Shown one piece after another: positions 1-6,808 of a stretch of DNA of 8,874 nt; the first letter of the stretch is position 1; every line of letters begins with the position of its first letter. Below the pieces are notes generated by a model. The model did no database searches and was not told where the DNA came from. It saw only the letters and a program-made list of their open reading frames with translations. The position numbers and the translations under genes were made by a program. This stretch comes from a virus (Monodnaviria; Loebvirae; Hofneiviricota; Faserviricetes; Tubulavirales; Inoviridae), in the IMG/VR virus record IMGVR_UViG_2531839481_000001, positions 1-8,874 of that record; one strand, written 5' to 3'.

Positions 1-2
1 TT

Positions 3-34
3 GGTGCGCATAATGTCAACGCGTTATGTTGAAA
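3..34 (+). other. dif-like Xer recombination site (attL/attP1): exact dif XerC arm GGTGCGCATAA (3-13) + TGT, then 7 divergent bp and a degenerate XerD-like arm TTATGTTGAAA (24-34)
   Basis: E. coli dif is GGTGCGCATAA-TGTATA-TTATGTTAAAT (established). Window 3-16 matches the XerC arm plus the first 3 bp of the central region, then diverges where hybrid att sites of dif-integrating phages typically begin. Confidence 0.7.
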
Positions 35-68
35 AGGCCGCTGCGAAAATCGAATCCCGCAGCGGCCT
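35..68 (-). terminator. Perfect 11-bp stem hairpin (AGGCCGCTGCG / CGCAGCGGCCT, 12-nt loop); candidate rho-independent terminator for the - strand cargo gene and tip of the forked attP hairpin
   Basis: Arms 35-45 and 58-68 are exact reverse complements. On the - strand the stem is followed by TTTTC, and it lies just downstream of the stop of the CDS at 101-1030. Confidence 0.55.
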
Positions 69-70
69 CT

Positions 71-97
71 TTAGCATAACGTCATTGTGCGAACCAA
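71..97 (-). other. Inverted degenerate dif-like site (attP2-like): on - strand TTGGTTCGCACAA-TGACG-TTATGCTAA
   Basis: Reverse complement of 71-97 aligns with site 1: XerC-arm-like GGTTCGCACAA (85-95) is 9/11 to GGTGCGCATAA, XerD-arm-like TTATGCTAA (71-79). Positions 1-13 can pair with 85-97 at 11/13, forming an imperfect stem. Confidence 0.6.
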
Positions 98-100
98 TAG

Positions 101-1030
101 CTACTTTTTCGTATAACTCTCTTCGCATTTAGCCAAAAACAGCAGATTAGTAGCGGTTAAATGAAGGGTATAACTCGCTAAATACTCAGGAACTTTTGTT
201 ATTTCTGCCCCTTGTCCATGTCCACCTTCTTTATTTCGAATGGTTGGAATACCACTCTCAAGTAGAATTCTTATTGAAGAAAATTGATTCTGGAGGTATT
301 CAGGTACTAAATTATTTGCCAAACAACTGTTAATTAATTTTTTAGCTGTGTCAGTATCATTAAATTGCCAAGAATGTTTTTTATGTATGGCTTTCATTAG
401 ACTTTCAAAAGATTTGAGGCAATCATTTAAACATTCTTTATATCGCTGATGTCTATAATGCTCATGGGCGGATAAAAACTCATCGTTTGCTCCGTTATAA
501 CTCTTGTTCTTACCAAGAATCTGAAGCGTAGGCTTTACAACATCAGAATGAATGAATTGTGAGTCAACTTTAACCAACTCTCCTGACTCAAATTGATATC
601 CAAGACCTGCTTCTTTAAACCTGATATTAAGTTCTTCAATAGCATCATCAGGACTTTGCTTTACTGACCCTCTGAATTTCCACTCATTTGATCTTATATA
701 CCCGTCTATCAGTTTGAAACATATCTCAATGATATCCAAGCATTTTTCATGATCTCTCTCAGCTAGGAAATAGTCAAAAATTGCCCCGAAATTCGATTCA
801 GGATACTGTTTGAGAGAGAATACACCATATTCCTTACACAGCGTTTTATGAACGAGTCTGTAAAGCTTACTTGCTTCCGTTTCATAGTCACTATCTTCAC
901 CGATAGTATCTCTTACAATATGAACAACCTGAACACGAAATGCATTTGGTATATTCGTGTATTGGTAAACATCAGCTACTTCACCTCTTAATTTTTTTTG
1001 TCTTTTTGAAAATAATTCGAATATAGCCAA
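101..1030 (-). CDS. HEPN-like (Rx5H motif) abortive-infection-family candidate, AbiJ/Abi_C-like; phage cargo (moron) protein
   Basis: 309-aa ORF with no in-frame ATG until about residue 213; start is TTG at 1028-1030 preceded by GAGGA with 7-nt spacing. C-terminal RNKEGGHG fits the HEPN Rx4-6H signature. Markedly AT-rich compared with the phage backbone genes. Family assignment is from motif recognition only. Confidence 0.5.
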   Translation of the reverse strand: MAIFELFSKRQKKLRGEVADVYQYTNIPNAFRVQVVHIVRDTIGEDSDYETEASKLYRLVHKTLCKEYGVFSLKQYPESNFGAIFDYFLAERDHEKCLDIIEICFKLIDGYIRSNEWKFRGSVKQSPDDAIEELNIRFKEAGLGYQFESGELVKVDSQFIHSDVVKPTLQILGKNKSYNGANDEFLSAHEHYRHQRYKECLNDCLKSFESLMKAIHKKHSWQFNDTDTAKKLINSCLANNLVPEYLQNQFSSIRILLESGIPTIRNKEGGHGQGAEITKVPEYLASYTLHLTATNLLFLAKCEESYTKK

Positions 1031-1113
1031 TTTATAATCCTCAAAGATATGCCATTAATATGTCTGAGTTGATGAAAATCACACCGCTTTTATAGTCGTT
1101 TTCCACGGTGGAG

Positions 1114-1536
1114 TTACCAGTAATATGAGTTTCTTCTGTGCCACCAATAAAGAAGTCCGTATCCAATGATAAGAATTCCGAAAAACATCAACGACATTCC
1201 CCAGCCAGTTCCGTACCACGAAACCATATCATCGAAAACCAACCCACCCATTTCACGTACTCCGGCAGCTTCCTTAAGAATTGGTTTGAATACCGGAATC
1301 AGAAGGGCGATCGCCAGTGGAGCACCCCAGCGAACAAGACCTGTTTCCATTTTGATCCCGAAAAAGATCCCCGCACCGACAACAAGCAGCCAGACTATCA
1401 GGCCAGGCGCAGTTTCCAGTGCTGTTTGCCATTCAACATCGAAAGTTTTCATTAGCCAGGCAACAACTGCCAGACAGAAAGCAAATACGCCTACAACAAC
1501 CAGTTCAACGCCGCTTGTTTCGTTATTTCTACTCAT
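1114..1536 (-). CDS. Small integral membrane protein (about 4 predicted TM helices), unknown function; cargo partner of the HEPN-like protein
   Basis: 140-aa ORF with four long hydrophobic stretches (for example LVVVGVFAFCLAVVAWL, LIVWLLVVGAGIFFGI, GAPLAIALLIPVF, MSLMFFGILIIGYGLLYWW); ATG at 1534-1536 preceded by AAGGA with 8-nt spacing. The overlapping + strand ORFs are low-complexity P/S/T-rich antisense artefacts. Confidence 0.7.
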   Translation of the reverse strand: MSRNNETSGVELVVVGVFAFCLAVVAWLMKTFDVEWQTALETAPGLIVWLLVVGAGIFFGIKMETGLVRWGAPLAIALLIPVFKPILKEAAGVREMGGLVFDDMVSWYGTGWGMSLMFFGILIIGYGLLYWWHRRNSYYW

Positions 1537-1569
1537 CCTTTTGATCCTTTGTTGCTGTTCAAAATCCGC

Positions 1570-1607
1570 ACAATAAAGAACGTGCAGTGTAGGTAATACT
1601 GCACGTT
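1570..1607 (-). terminator. Rho-independent terminator candidate downstream of the repressor gene (10-bp perfect stem AACGTGCAGT / ACTGCACGTT, 9-nt loop, T-rich tail on - strand)
   Basis: Arms 1579-1588 and 1598-1607 are exact reverse complements; on the - strand the stem is followed by TTCTTTATTGT (1570-1578 complement). Confidence 0.55.
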
Positions 1608-1625
1608 AGTCTCATTCCTGAGACT
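1608..1625. other. Second short hairpin (7-bp stem AGTCTCA / TGAGACT, loop TTCC) immediately adjacent to the terminator
   Basis: Exact reverse-complement arms at 1608-1614 and 1619-1625. Confidence 0.4.
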
Positions 1626-1635
1626 GCTAAACCCT

Positions 1636-2082
1636 TTAATCTTCGCCTGACACTACTTTTTTCATAAACATTTTCGTACTGTAAGTATATGAACTTAATG
1701 CAGAAACTTGCCTTGCGAGAGCCAGAATATCTTGTTTATCCAGTGTTCTGATGTTCCACACAATGAAATTGTGGGCGTTAGTGGTTTCTTCATCAGTGTA
1801 ACCGTCTGCGGAAGTGATTAACTTCCTTTCAGTAGCTTCTTCTTTAACATCAATAGCATAGCCATAAGCAAGGGTGTTCAAGTCTGCACCAGTAATTTTA
1901 GCTATCTGAATTATGTCACTGAATTTAGGTTCAGTTTTGCCGGACGCTATTCTGACCAGTGTGCTAACGCTAATACCGGTTTTTTCGGCCAGTTCTTCAT
2001 AAGTCGAGTGTTCCAGAATTACCTTTTTGATACGTTCTGCTCTCTGCTTGTCCGCCATATCTTCATGCTCATTGTTGCCCAT
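1636..2082 (-). CDS. XRE/Cro-C1-type helix-turn-helix transcriptional regulator; candidate phage repressor divergent from gII
   Basis: 148-aa ORF with a classic HTH segment (EELAEKTGISVSTLVRIASGKTEPKFSDIIQIAKITG); ATG at 2080-2082 with GGAG 8 nt upstream; divergent orientation to the replication gene as in CTX-phi rstR/rstA. Confidence 0.8.
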   Translation of the reverse strand: MGNNEHEDMADKQRAERIKKVILEHSTYEELAEKTGISVSTLVRIASGKTEPKFSDIIQIAKITGADLNTLAYGYAIDVKEEATERKLITSADGYTDEETTNAHNFIVWNIRTLDKQDILALARQVSALSSYTYSTKMFMKKVVSGED

Positions 2083-2127
2083 CTACTTGGCTCCATCTTA
2101 ACAGTGGTTTTTCAATAGTTAGATTTG

Positions 2128-2184
2128 ATGCTCATTTCTGACAATTTAAACATTGCAAATGTATTGACTGTCAGAACTGAGCAT
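2128..2184. promoter_or_regulatory. 57-bp imperfect palindrome centred at 2156 between divergent repressor and gII; candidate operator and/or plus-strand origin hairpin
   Basis: Outer arms ATGCTCATTTCTGACA (2128-2143) and TGTCAGAACTGAGCAT (2169-2184) are reverse complements at 15/16; nested inner palindrome ACATT-gca-AATGT (2150-2162) shares the same centre. Confidence 0.55.
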
Positions 2185-2192
2185 ATTACATT
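2164..2192 (+). promoter_or_regulatory. Candidate sigma70 promoter for gII: -35 TTGACT (2164-2169), 17-bp spacer, -10 TACATT (2187-2192)
   Basis: 5/6 match at -35 and 4/6 at -10 with optimal spacing, about 60 bp upstream of the gII start; -35 overlaps the right arm of the palindrome. Confidence 0.4.
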
Positions 2193-2253
2193 GTGACCAT
2201 TCAATTTGCTCATAAATGACTATTGACACATATTTTGATGGGTGTGGCTACTT

Positions 2254-3306
2254 ATGATCGACTGGTTTACTGGAATCCTGCCTTGCACGCACCAACCGTT
2301 ACCGGCTGGTAGTGTCGTCAGCGTTGATGCTGATGGTGCAGTGGAGTGGGAAACAGTAAAACGGTTGACTGTTCGCGGTTCGTACGAATCTACAATGAAA
2401 GTAAGATCAGTTGGATCCGATGGCGAAGGCCGGGCAACACATCTTTATATTGATGGTAATCCGTCAAAATTTCTTCAGGGACATTCGGTTATTGGTTCCG
2501 ACGATTTGCAAGGACTGGTATTGACAGCTTACGCGAGAATACTGGCATTACTTCATATTCCCCATGACCTTCCGTCCTATCGTCAGGTAATGACAGGGCA
2601 ATATAAGGTTTCCCGTGTTGATATTAATTACATGTATTCATTGTCAACATTGGAAAATGTGCGGGCATGGCTTTATGCCGCAGAGTTTAAAGCAAAAACT
2701 CGTCATGGTCGCGCCTGTGGCAAAGGGGGAACGGTCTATTTGGGAAAAAACTCCCGTCGTTGGAGCCTGAAATTTTACTCTAAATATGATGAGCATACAT
2801 CTGGAAAAAAAGGGCACCAGATAGCAGATGAATTTGTTAACGCTGGTTTACTGGATTGGTCAAAAGATAAATTACGTATTGAATTAACATTAAGAACAAC
2901 TGAATTAATTGATTTGAATCTTACGCTTGGTAAAAACTGGAATATTGAGACGCCTAATAAAGTATTCTCTGACTATGTAGGGAGAATAGAAATGAATCAA
3001 AACACTATATTAACTGATGAAAAGATAATTAATCTCCCAAGAAAAATACAGTCTACATATTTGTTATGGAAGCAGGGCGCAAATATGAAAGAAATGCTTC
3101 CAAAGCCAACATTTTACAGGCATCGTAAAGAATTACTGTCTTTTGGTATAGATATTAATTTTTATTGTGAAGCCCCTGATTCAAATAATGTTATTCCATT
3201 AGTAAGAACACTTGAGGCTAAACCAGCCAAAATTCCATCATGGGTTTATGAGAAAGGTTTAATTTTCGATTATAACCGTATTTCACATGCCAGTAGCTGG
3301 CATTAA
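2254..3306 (+). CDS. gII: Replication initiation protein pII (rolling-circle nickase, Ff gene II family)
   Basis: Recalled M13 pII begins MID, as here (MIDWF) at ATG 2254. Shared motifs include PSKFLQGHSVIGSDDL (M13 PAKVLQGHNVFGTTDL) and NVIPLVR (M13 NVVPLVR). The ORF track extends to an upstream GTG at 2242, so the start is ambiguous by 12 nt. Confidence 0.85.
   Translation: MIDWFTGILPCTHQPLPAGSVVSVDADGAVEWETVKRLTVRGSYESTMKVRSVGSDGEGRATHLYIDGNPSKFLQGHSVIGSDDLQGLVLTAYARILALLHIPHDLPSYRQVMTGQYKVSRVDINYMYSLSTLENVRAWLYAAEFKAKTRHGRACGKGGTVYLGKNSRRWSLKFYSKYDEHTSGKKGHQIADEFVNAGLLDWSKDKLRIELTLRTTELIDLNLTLGKNWNIETPNKVFSDYVGRIEMNQNTILTDEKIINLPRKIQSTYLLWKQGANMKEMLPKPTFYRHRKELLSFGIDINFYCEAPDSNNVIPLVRTLEAKPAKIPSWVYEKGLIFDYNRISHASSWH
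2992..3306 (+). CDS. gX: pX, in-frame internal restart within gII (C-terminal 104 aa)
   Basis: In-frame ATG at 2992 gives a product starting MNQNTILTDEK, positionally and sequence-wise like M13 pX (MNIYDD...), with the same C-terminus as pII. Confidence 0.6.
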   Translation: MNQNTILTDEKIINLPRKIQSTYLLWKQGANMKEMLPKPTFYRHRKELLSFGIDINFYCEAPDSNNVIPLVRTLEAKPAKIPSWVYEKGLIFDYNRISHASSWH

Positions 3307-3317
3307 AGGAGAGTGAT

Positions 3318-3635
3318 ATGTCTAATTATGGTCTTTTCGTAAAAGGTAAGATGCTTGGTGCTCGTCAGCGTAATAAAATTAATGGGCAAGGTTATTATAA
3401 TGAAATTGGTATTGGCTTAGAGATCCCTGATGGCTTTGGTGGCACCAAGCAAGACCAGATCATTATCCGTGTATCACAAGCTCTGGTGAATTCCGGCGTA
3501 ATGAATCAGGCTAATAGCTTTATCGGAAAGTTAGTTCAGATCCCCGTTTATGTTCGTGTATGGTCAATGGAAGGTAGGGAAGGGGTAACTTATAACATTT
3601 CATCTGACGGTGGAATCACTGAAATAAAAGTTTAA
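3318..3635 (+). CDS. Gene-V-position protein, putative ssDNA-binding protein (function by synteny only)
   Basis: 105-aa ORF with strong RBS AGGAG (3307-3311) before ATG 3318, located between gII and gVII exactly where Ff gene V sits. The sequence does not obviously resemble recalled M13 pV. Confidence 0.5.
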   Translation: MSNYGLFVKGKMLGARQRNKINGQGYYNEIGIGLEIPDGFGGTKQDQIIIRVSQALVNSGVMNQANSFIGKLVQIPVYVRVWSMEGREGVTYNISSDGGITEIKV

Positions 3636-3637
3636 AT

Positions 3638-3724
3638 ATGGTTGATGTTATACAAATATTAATAGCGTCAGGCATTGTTATCTCATTTGGCCTCGGCGCA
3701 ATTACAGCGGGAGTTTTCCGTTAA
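3638..3724 (+). CDS. gVII: Minor coat protein pVII
   Basis: 28-aa hydrophobic peptide MVDVIQILIASGIVISFGLGAITAGVFR, comparable to recalled M13 pVII (…ALGIIAGGQR); start 3 nt after the gene-V stop; not in the ORF track because it is short. Confidence 0.7.
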   Translation: MVDVIQILIASGIVISFGLGAITAGVFR

Positions 3725-3819
3725 TGTATATAGCTTATTTCTTCGGGGCTTATACCTTTGGTTTTGCCCTTTTCTACGCGGTCGGTTCATTTAAATCATT
3801 TTCTGACCGCTTAATGTAA
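3724..3819 (+). CDS. gIX: Minor coat protein pIX
   Basis: 31-aa hydrophobic peptide MYIAYFFGAYTFGFALFYAVGSFKSFSDRLM; ATG overlaps the gVII stop (TAATG coupling), as in Ff. Confidence 0.65.
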   Translation: MYIAYFFGAYTFGFALFYAVGSFKSFSDRLM

Positions 3820-3838
3820 CCTTAATGGAGTTATTTAT

Positions 3839-4081
3839 ATGAAAGTTTTGTCTTTTGTTAAATCTAAAATTGCAGTAGCTTCAACAGCGCTTTTTGTTTC
3901 TGCGAGTTCTTTTGCGGCAGATGGGGCTACAGGCGGTACTGATTATGCAGGTCAGGCAATGGATGCATTACTGACTCAGGCAAATGATCTTATTGGTAAA
4001 GTATGGCCTGTCGTTGTTGCTGTGGTTGGTGCAGGCCTTGCCATTCGTATTTTTAAAAAATTCGCTTCCAAAGCAGTTTAA
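3839..4081 (+). CDS. gVIII: Major coat protein pVIII precursor
   Basis: 80-aa ORF with signal peptide ending SFA, acidic N-terminus, hydrophobic core and basic C-terminus [11 protein letters not shown]; the mature region resembles the recalled IKe-type coat (…WPVV…KKF.SKAV); GGAG RBS at 3827-3830. Confidence 0.9.
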   Translation: MKVLSFVKSKIAVASTALFVSASSFAADGATGGTDYAGQAMDALLTQANDLIGKVWPVVVAVVGAGLAIRIFKKFASKAV

Positions 4082-4090
4082 AATTCACTT

Positions 4091-4114
4091 AGGGGCATTC
4101 GCTGCCCCTTTATT
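4091..4114 (+). terminator. Rho-independent terminator after gVIII (7-bp stem AGGGGCA / TGCCCCT, loop TTCGC, then TTTATT)
   Basis: Exact reverse-complement arms 4091-4097 and 4103-4109 followed by a T-rich tract; same position as the gene VIII terminator in Ff phages. Confidence 0.7.
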
Positions 4115-4127
4115 AAAGCGGGTTATT

Positions 4128-5372
4128 ATGAAAAGGAAAATATTAATTATTTCCTCTATTCTTATTTCTTCTTTTTCATATGCTGATTCATGGGAAAGCA
4201 TTACTAAATCTACTTTTCAAAGCTCTGCATATGCTGAAAGTAAGCAAATAACCAACCAAGATGGCACTAAACAAACTGTTTATTATATTGATGCAGCGAT
4301 GCAGGCTTCTGCCTGTCAGGGGGCTAAAGACAGTGCTCAGGGTGTTTTTACTCAGGTTAAACCAACTTATGAGGGAGTATGGCCTAACTCTGAATTCCGT
4401 CTTGTGTTTTCTGACGCTTGTACTTACAGCGACTCTCCAGGCCAGAAAGATAAATACTGGACTTTAACCGCTTATATTATTGGTGATATTCAACGATCCA
4501 TTCCTGATGAAAAACCTTCCGAGCCTACGCCTGAAGAGATTTGTGAAGCTAAACCCCCCGAAGAAGGTGTATTCAATAATGTCTATTCTTATGACGGCGA
4601 TCGTTATATTTATTATAACGGTTGTGAATATGAGGCCACTGGCGTCATTGTTTGCCAGAGTGATGGCACTGTTTGTGCTGCGACATGGAAGCCTACCGGA
4701 ACTGTAGCCGACCCTTCAGATAAGCCTTCTTCTCCTGCTGGCGATGGCGGTGATACTGGAGGCGGGGATACGGGTGGTGGTGATACTGGAGGAGGTGATA
4801 CAGGCGGTGGTAACCCAAGTGGCGGTTCTGGCGGTGGTAATGGCTCAAGTATTACCAAAGGAGATATTCAGTCAGCTATCGAAGGTGCTTCACCTAAAAT
4901 TGCCAGTGAGATTCATGATAAGTTAACAGAAAAAGACACCTCATCTGATGATAAAAAGTCGGCTGATGAACAGGCTAAAAATAATTTAAATCGTCTTGGT
5001 GACTCTATAAATAACCTTACTCGCGGAGCCGGACGTTTTGCTGATCCTTCTGGAGGTGATTCTCGTTATGGGAAGGGGGATTCTGAGTTAGATAGCGCTT
5101 CCACTTTAGCTGAATCTGAATTAGGAATTGCAAAGGATTCTCATGGCGCGTTATGGGAGGCTTTTTTAAATAAAGGTGCTATGTTGCCCAATTTACCCAA
5201 TGGTAATGGTTGTTCTGATTTTATCATTTTTGCAGGGGAGGTTTACCAGATTGACATTGGTTGCGATAAATTATTAACCATTAAAAATGCGCTTTCTTGG
5301 GTTTTTTATTGTTTAACATTCTGGTATGTCTTTACGTCTTTAACTTCATTGCTTCGTAAAGGGGGGGAATAA
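4128..5372 (+). CDS. gIII: Adsorption/minor coat protein pIII
   Basis: Start at ATG 4128 gives a signal peptide [19 protein letters not shown]; Gly-rich linker; the C-terminal membrane anchor (…[22 protein letters not shown]…[17 protein letters not shown]) resembles the recalled M13 pIII C-terminus. The ORF-track start at 3984 is an upstream in-frame extension through gVIII and the terminator. Confidence 0.85.
   Translation: MKRKILIISSILISSFSYADSWESITKSTFQSSAYAESKQITNQDGTKQTVYYIDAAMQASACQGAKDSAQGVFTQVKPTYEGVWPNSEFRLVFSDACTYSDSPGQKDKYWTLTAYIIGDIQRSIPDEKPSEPTPEEICEAKPPEEGVFNNVYSYDGDRYIYYNGCEYEATGVIVCQSDGTVCAATWKPTGTVADPSDKPSSPAGDGGDTGGGDTGGGDTGGGDTGGGNPSGGSGGGNGSSITKGDIQSAIEGASPKIASEIHDKLTEKDTSSDDKKSADEQAKNNLNRLGDSINNLTRGAGRFADPSGGDSRYGKGDSELDSASTLAESELGIAKDSHGALWEAFLNKGAMLPNLPNGNGCSDFIIFAGEVYQIDIGCDKLLTIKNALSWVFYCLTFWYVFTSLTSLLRKGGE
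4752..4811 (+). repeat. 4 x 15-bp imperfect tandem repeat encoding (DTGGG)x4 in the pIII inter-domain linker
   Basis: Units gatactggaggcggg, gatacgggtggtggt, gatactggaggaggt, gatacaggcggtggt in the gIII frame. Confidence 0.8.
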
Positions 5373-5713
5373 TGCCTTTATTATTAGGTATCCCAGCATT
5401 GTTACGTTTTCTTATCGGTCTTGTCCCTTTATTTATTGGTTATATGGCGAGTTTTTTAGCCCGTCTTGCGACCAAAACAGGTTTAATAGCGGTTGCATTG
5501 ATCGCTTTAATTACAACAACTGTTACGCTTTTAATGCAATATCTTGCAGGGGTCATGTATAACGGTTTACCTGCTGATTTTTCACATTTAATGTCCTCTG
5601 TATTACCTGACCATTTTCAAGCCTGTATTAACGTTATTATGGTTACTCGCATCAGTGTTTTTGTTTTCGATTTAAAGAAAAAATTCCTTGATTATGCAAA
5701 CAGGGTGATTTAA
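5372..5713 (+). CDS. gVI: Minor coat protein pVI
   Basis: 113-aa hydrophobic protein beginning [14 protein letters not shown] (recalled M13 pVI begins MPVLLGIPLLLRFL); ATG overlaps the gIII stop (TAATG). Confidence 0.9.
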   Translation: MPLLLGIPALLRFLIGLVPLFIGYMASFLARLATKTGLIAVALIALITTTVTLLMQYLAGVMYNGLPADFSHLMSSVLPDHFQACINVIMVTRISVFVFDLKKKFLDYANRVI

Positions 5714-6808
5714 ATGGCTGTTCATGTAGTAACAGGTAAATTAGGCTCAGGTAAGACATTGGTTAGTGTTTCCAAAATACAGGAAAGACTTGCTAAGGGT
5801 TGTCCTGTTGCCACTAACCTAGACCTTAAATTGCATAATATGCCAATGGTAGGACGTTATGCGAAAAAAACGCGCGTTATTCGCGTTCCTGACAAGCCTT
5901 CATTAAATGATTTACTGGCTATTGGTATTGGAAATACATCTTACGATGAATCCCGCAATGGCCTTCTCGTGCTTGATGAATGTGGTACTTGGTTTAATTC
6001 CCGTTCATGGGGCGATAAAGACAGACAGCCGGTTATTGACTGGTTTTTACATGCCCGTAAATTAGGCTGGGATATTATATTTTTGATTCAGGATATTTCT
6101 ATTATGGATAAGCAAGCGCGTCTGGCGCTTGCTGAACATGTTGTGTATTGTCGCCGCTCTGATAAATTAAACATCCCTTTTATTGGCTCCATTATAAATT
6201 TAGTTTCAGGGGCGCGATTTTCCTTGCCAAAGGTACACTTTGGTATTGTTAAATATGGTGATAATGTTAATTCAATCACTGTTGATAAATGGATATATAC
6301 CGGTAAATCTCTTTACTCTGCTTACAATACCAAACAAACTTTCACAGATAACTATCCTCACGGCGCATTTTCGATTTTGCCACCATTTATCACACACGGT
6401 CAGTTTTCTGTTCACAGAGGGATTAATTATTATATGCGTCTCACTAAAATTTATTTTCGCAAATCGAACCGTCTTATATTAATGCTTTCTTTTCTGGCGC
6501 TGGGGCTTGGACTTGGTTTCTGGTTACAATCTGGTAAGAGTGCTGATGAACTCTCGGCTGTTAAATCTGCTCATGCTGAACAGGTGAGGGCGGCAATACC
6601 TGATAGTGCCGGCGATTTACCAAGACTCTCTATTAACTCTTTCTCTCAGCTTGGTTTTGATGTTTCCGTTACGTTTGTTGATGCTAAGGGTATGAAATAC
6701 CAGTATTTTGATTTAATTAAAGATGGTTATTCCGTTGATATTAAAGATGCCTGCCGAATTGTTATCAGAAAAGGCCGTTATTTACAAAACGTCACCTGCC
6801 AGGAGTAA
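5714..6808 (+). CDS. gI: Assembly ATPase pI (Zot-like, Walker A GKLGSGKT)
   Basis: 364-aa ORF with extended near-identity blocks to recalled M13 pI (…VTGKLGSGKTLVSV…LLVLDECGTWFN…QPIIDWFLHARKLGWDIIFL…); starts immediately after the gVI stop. Confidence 0.95.
   Translation: MAVHVVTGKLGSGKTLVSVSKIQERLAKGCPVATNLDLKLHNMPMVGRYAKKTRVIRVPDKPSLNDLLAIGIGNTSYDESRNGLLVLDECGTWFNSRSWGDKDRQPVIDWFLHARKLGWDIIFLIQDISIMDKQARLALAEHVVYCRRSDKLNIPFIGSIINLVSGARFSLPKVHFGIVKYGDNVNSITVDKWIYTGKSLYSAYNTKQTFTDNYPHGAFSILPPFITHGQFSVHRGINYYMRLTKIYFRKSNRLILMLSFLALGLGLGFWLQSGKSADELSAVKSAHAEQVRAAIPDSAGDLPRLSINSFSQLGFDVSVTFVDAKGMKYQYFDLIKDGYSVDIKDACRIVIRKGRYLQNVTCQE
6434..6808 (+). CDS. gXI: pXI, in-frame internal restart within gI
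   Basis: In-frame ATG at 6434 gives MRLTKIYFRKSNRL…, matching the position and sequence of recalled M13 pXI (MKLTKIYLKKFSRV…), with a TM segment following. Confidence 0.6.
   Translation: MRLTKIYFRKSNRLILMLSFLALGLGLGFWLQSGKSADELSAVKSAHAEQVRAAIPDSAGDLPRLSINSFSQLGFDVSVTFVDAKGMKYQYFDLIKDGYSVDIKDACRIVIRKGRYLQNVTCQE

Noticed and set aside
1138-1576. Two + strand ORFs (105 and 136 aa) overlapping the membrane-protein gene
   Set aside because: Low-complexity P/S/T/R-rich translations typical of the antisense frame of a hydrophobic membrane-protein gene; the - strand ORF has coherent TM helices and an RBS.
2223-2228. Perfect -35 consensus TTGACA just upstream of gII
   Set aside because: No acceptable -10 hexamer at 16-18 bp spacing and it is too close to the start codon; the TTGACT/TACATT pair at 2164-2192 is the better promoter candidate.
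3984-4127. N-terminal extension of the gIII ORF as given in the ORF track
   Set aside because: The extension overlaps the 3' end of gVIII and its terminator hairpin; the in-frame ATG at 4128 yields a canonical signal peptide.
4740-4850. Possible CRISPR-like short direct repeats
   Set aside because: The repeats are 15-bp contiguous in-frame units without spacers, inside the gIII coding frame.
4613-4858. - strand ORF encoding PPVSPPPVS repeats
   Set aside because: Antisense reading of the Gly-rich (DTGGG)x4 linker of pIII; artefact of the repetitive GGN codons.
6088-6482. Small ORFs inside gI on both strands (63 and 80 aa)
   Set aside because: Fully embedded in the strongly supported pI coding region, with no RBS or recognisable features.
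5714-6808. Calling pI a Zot enterotoxin
   Set aside because: Zot is the pI homologue in Vibrio CTX-phi, but the sequence here simply matches the Ff assembly ATPase; nothing supports a toxin role.
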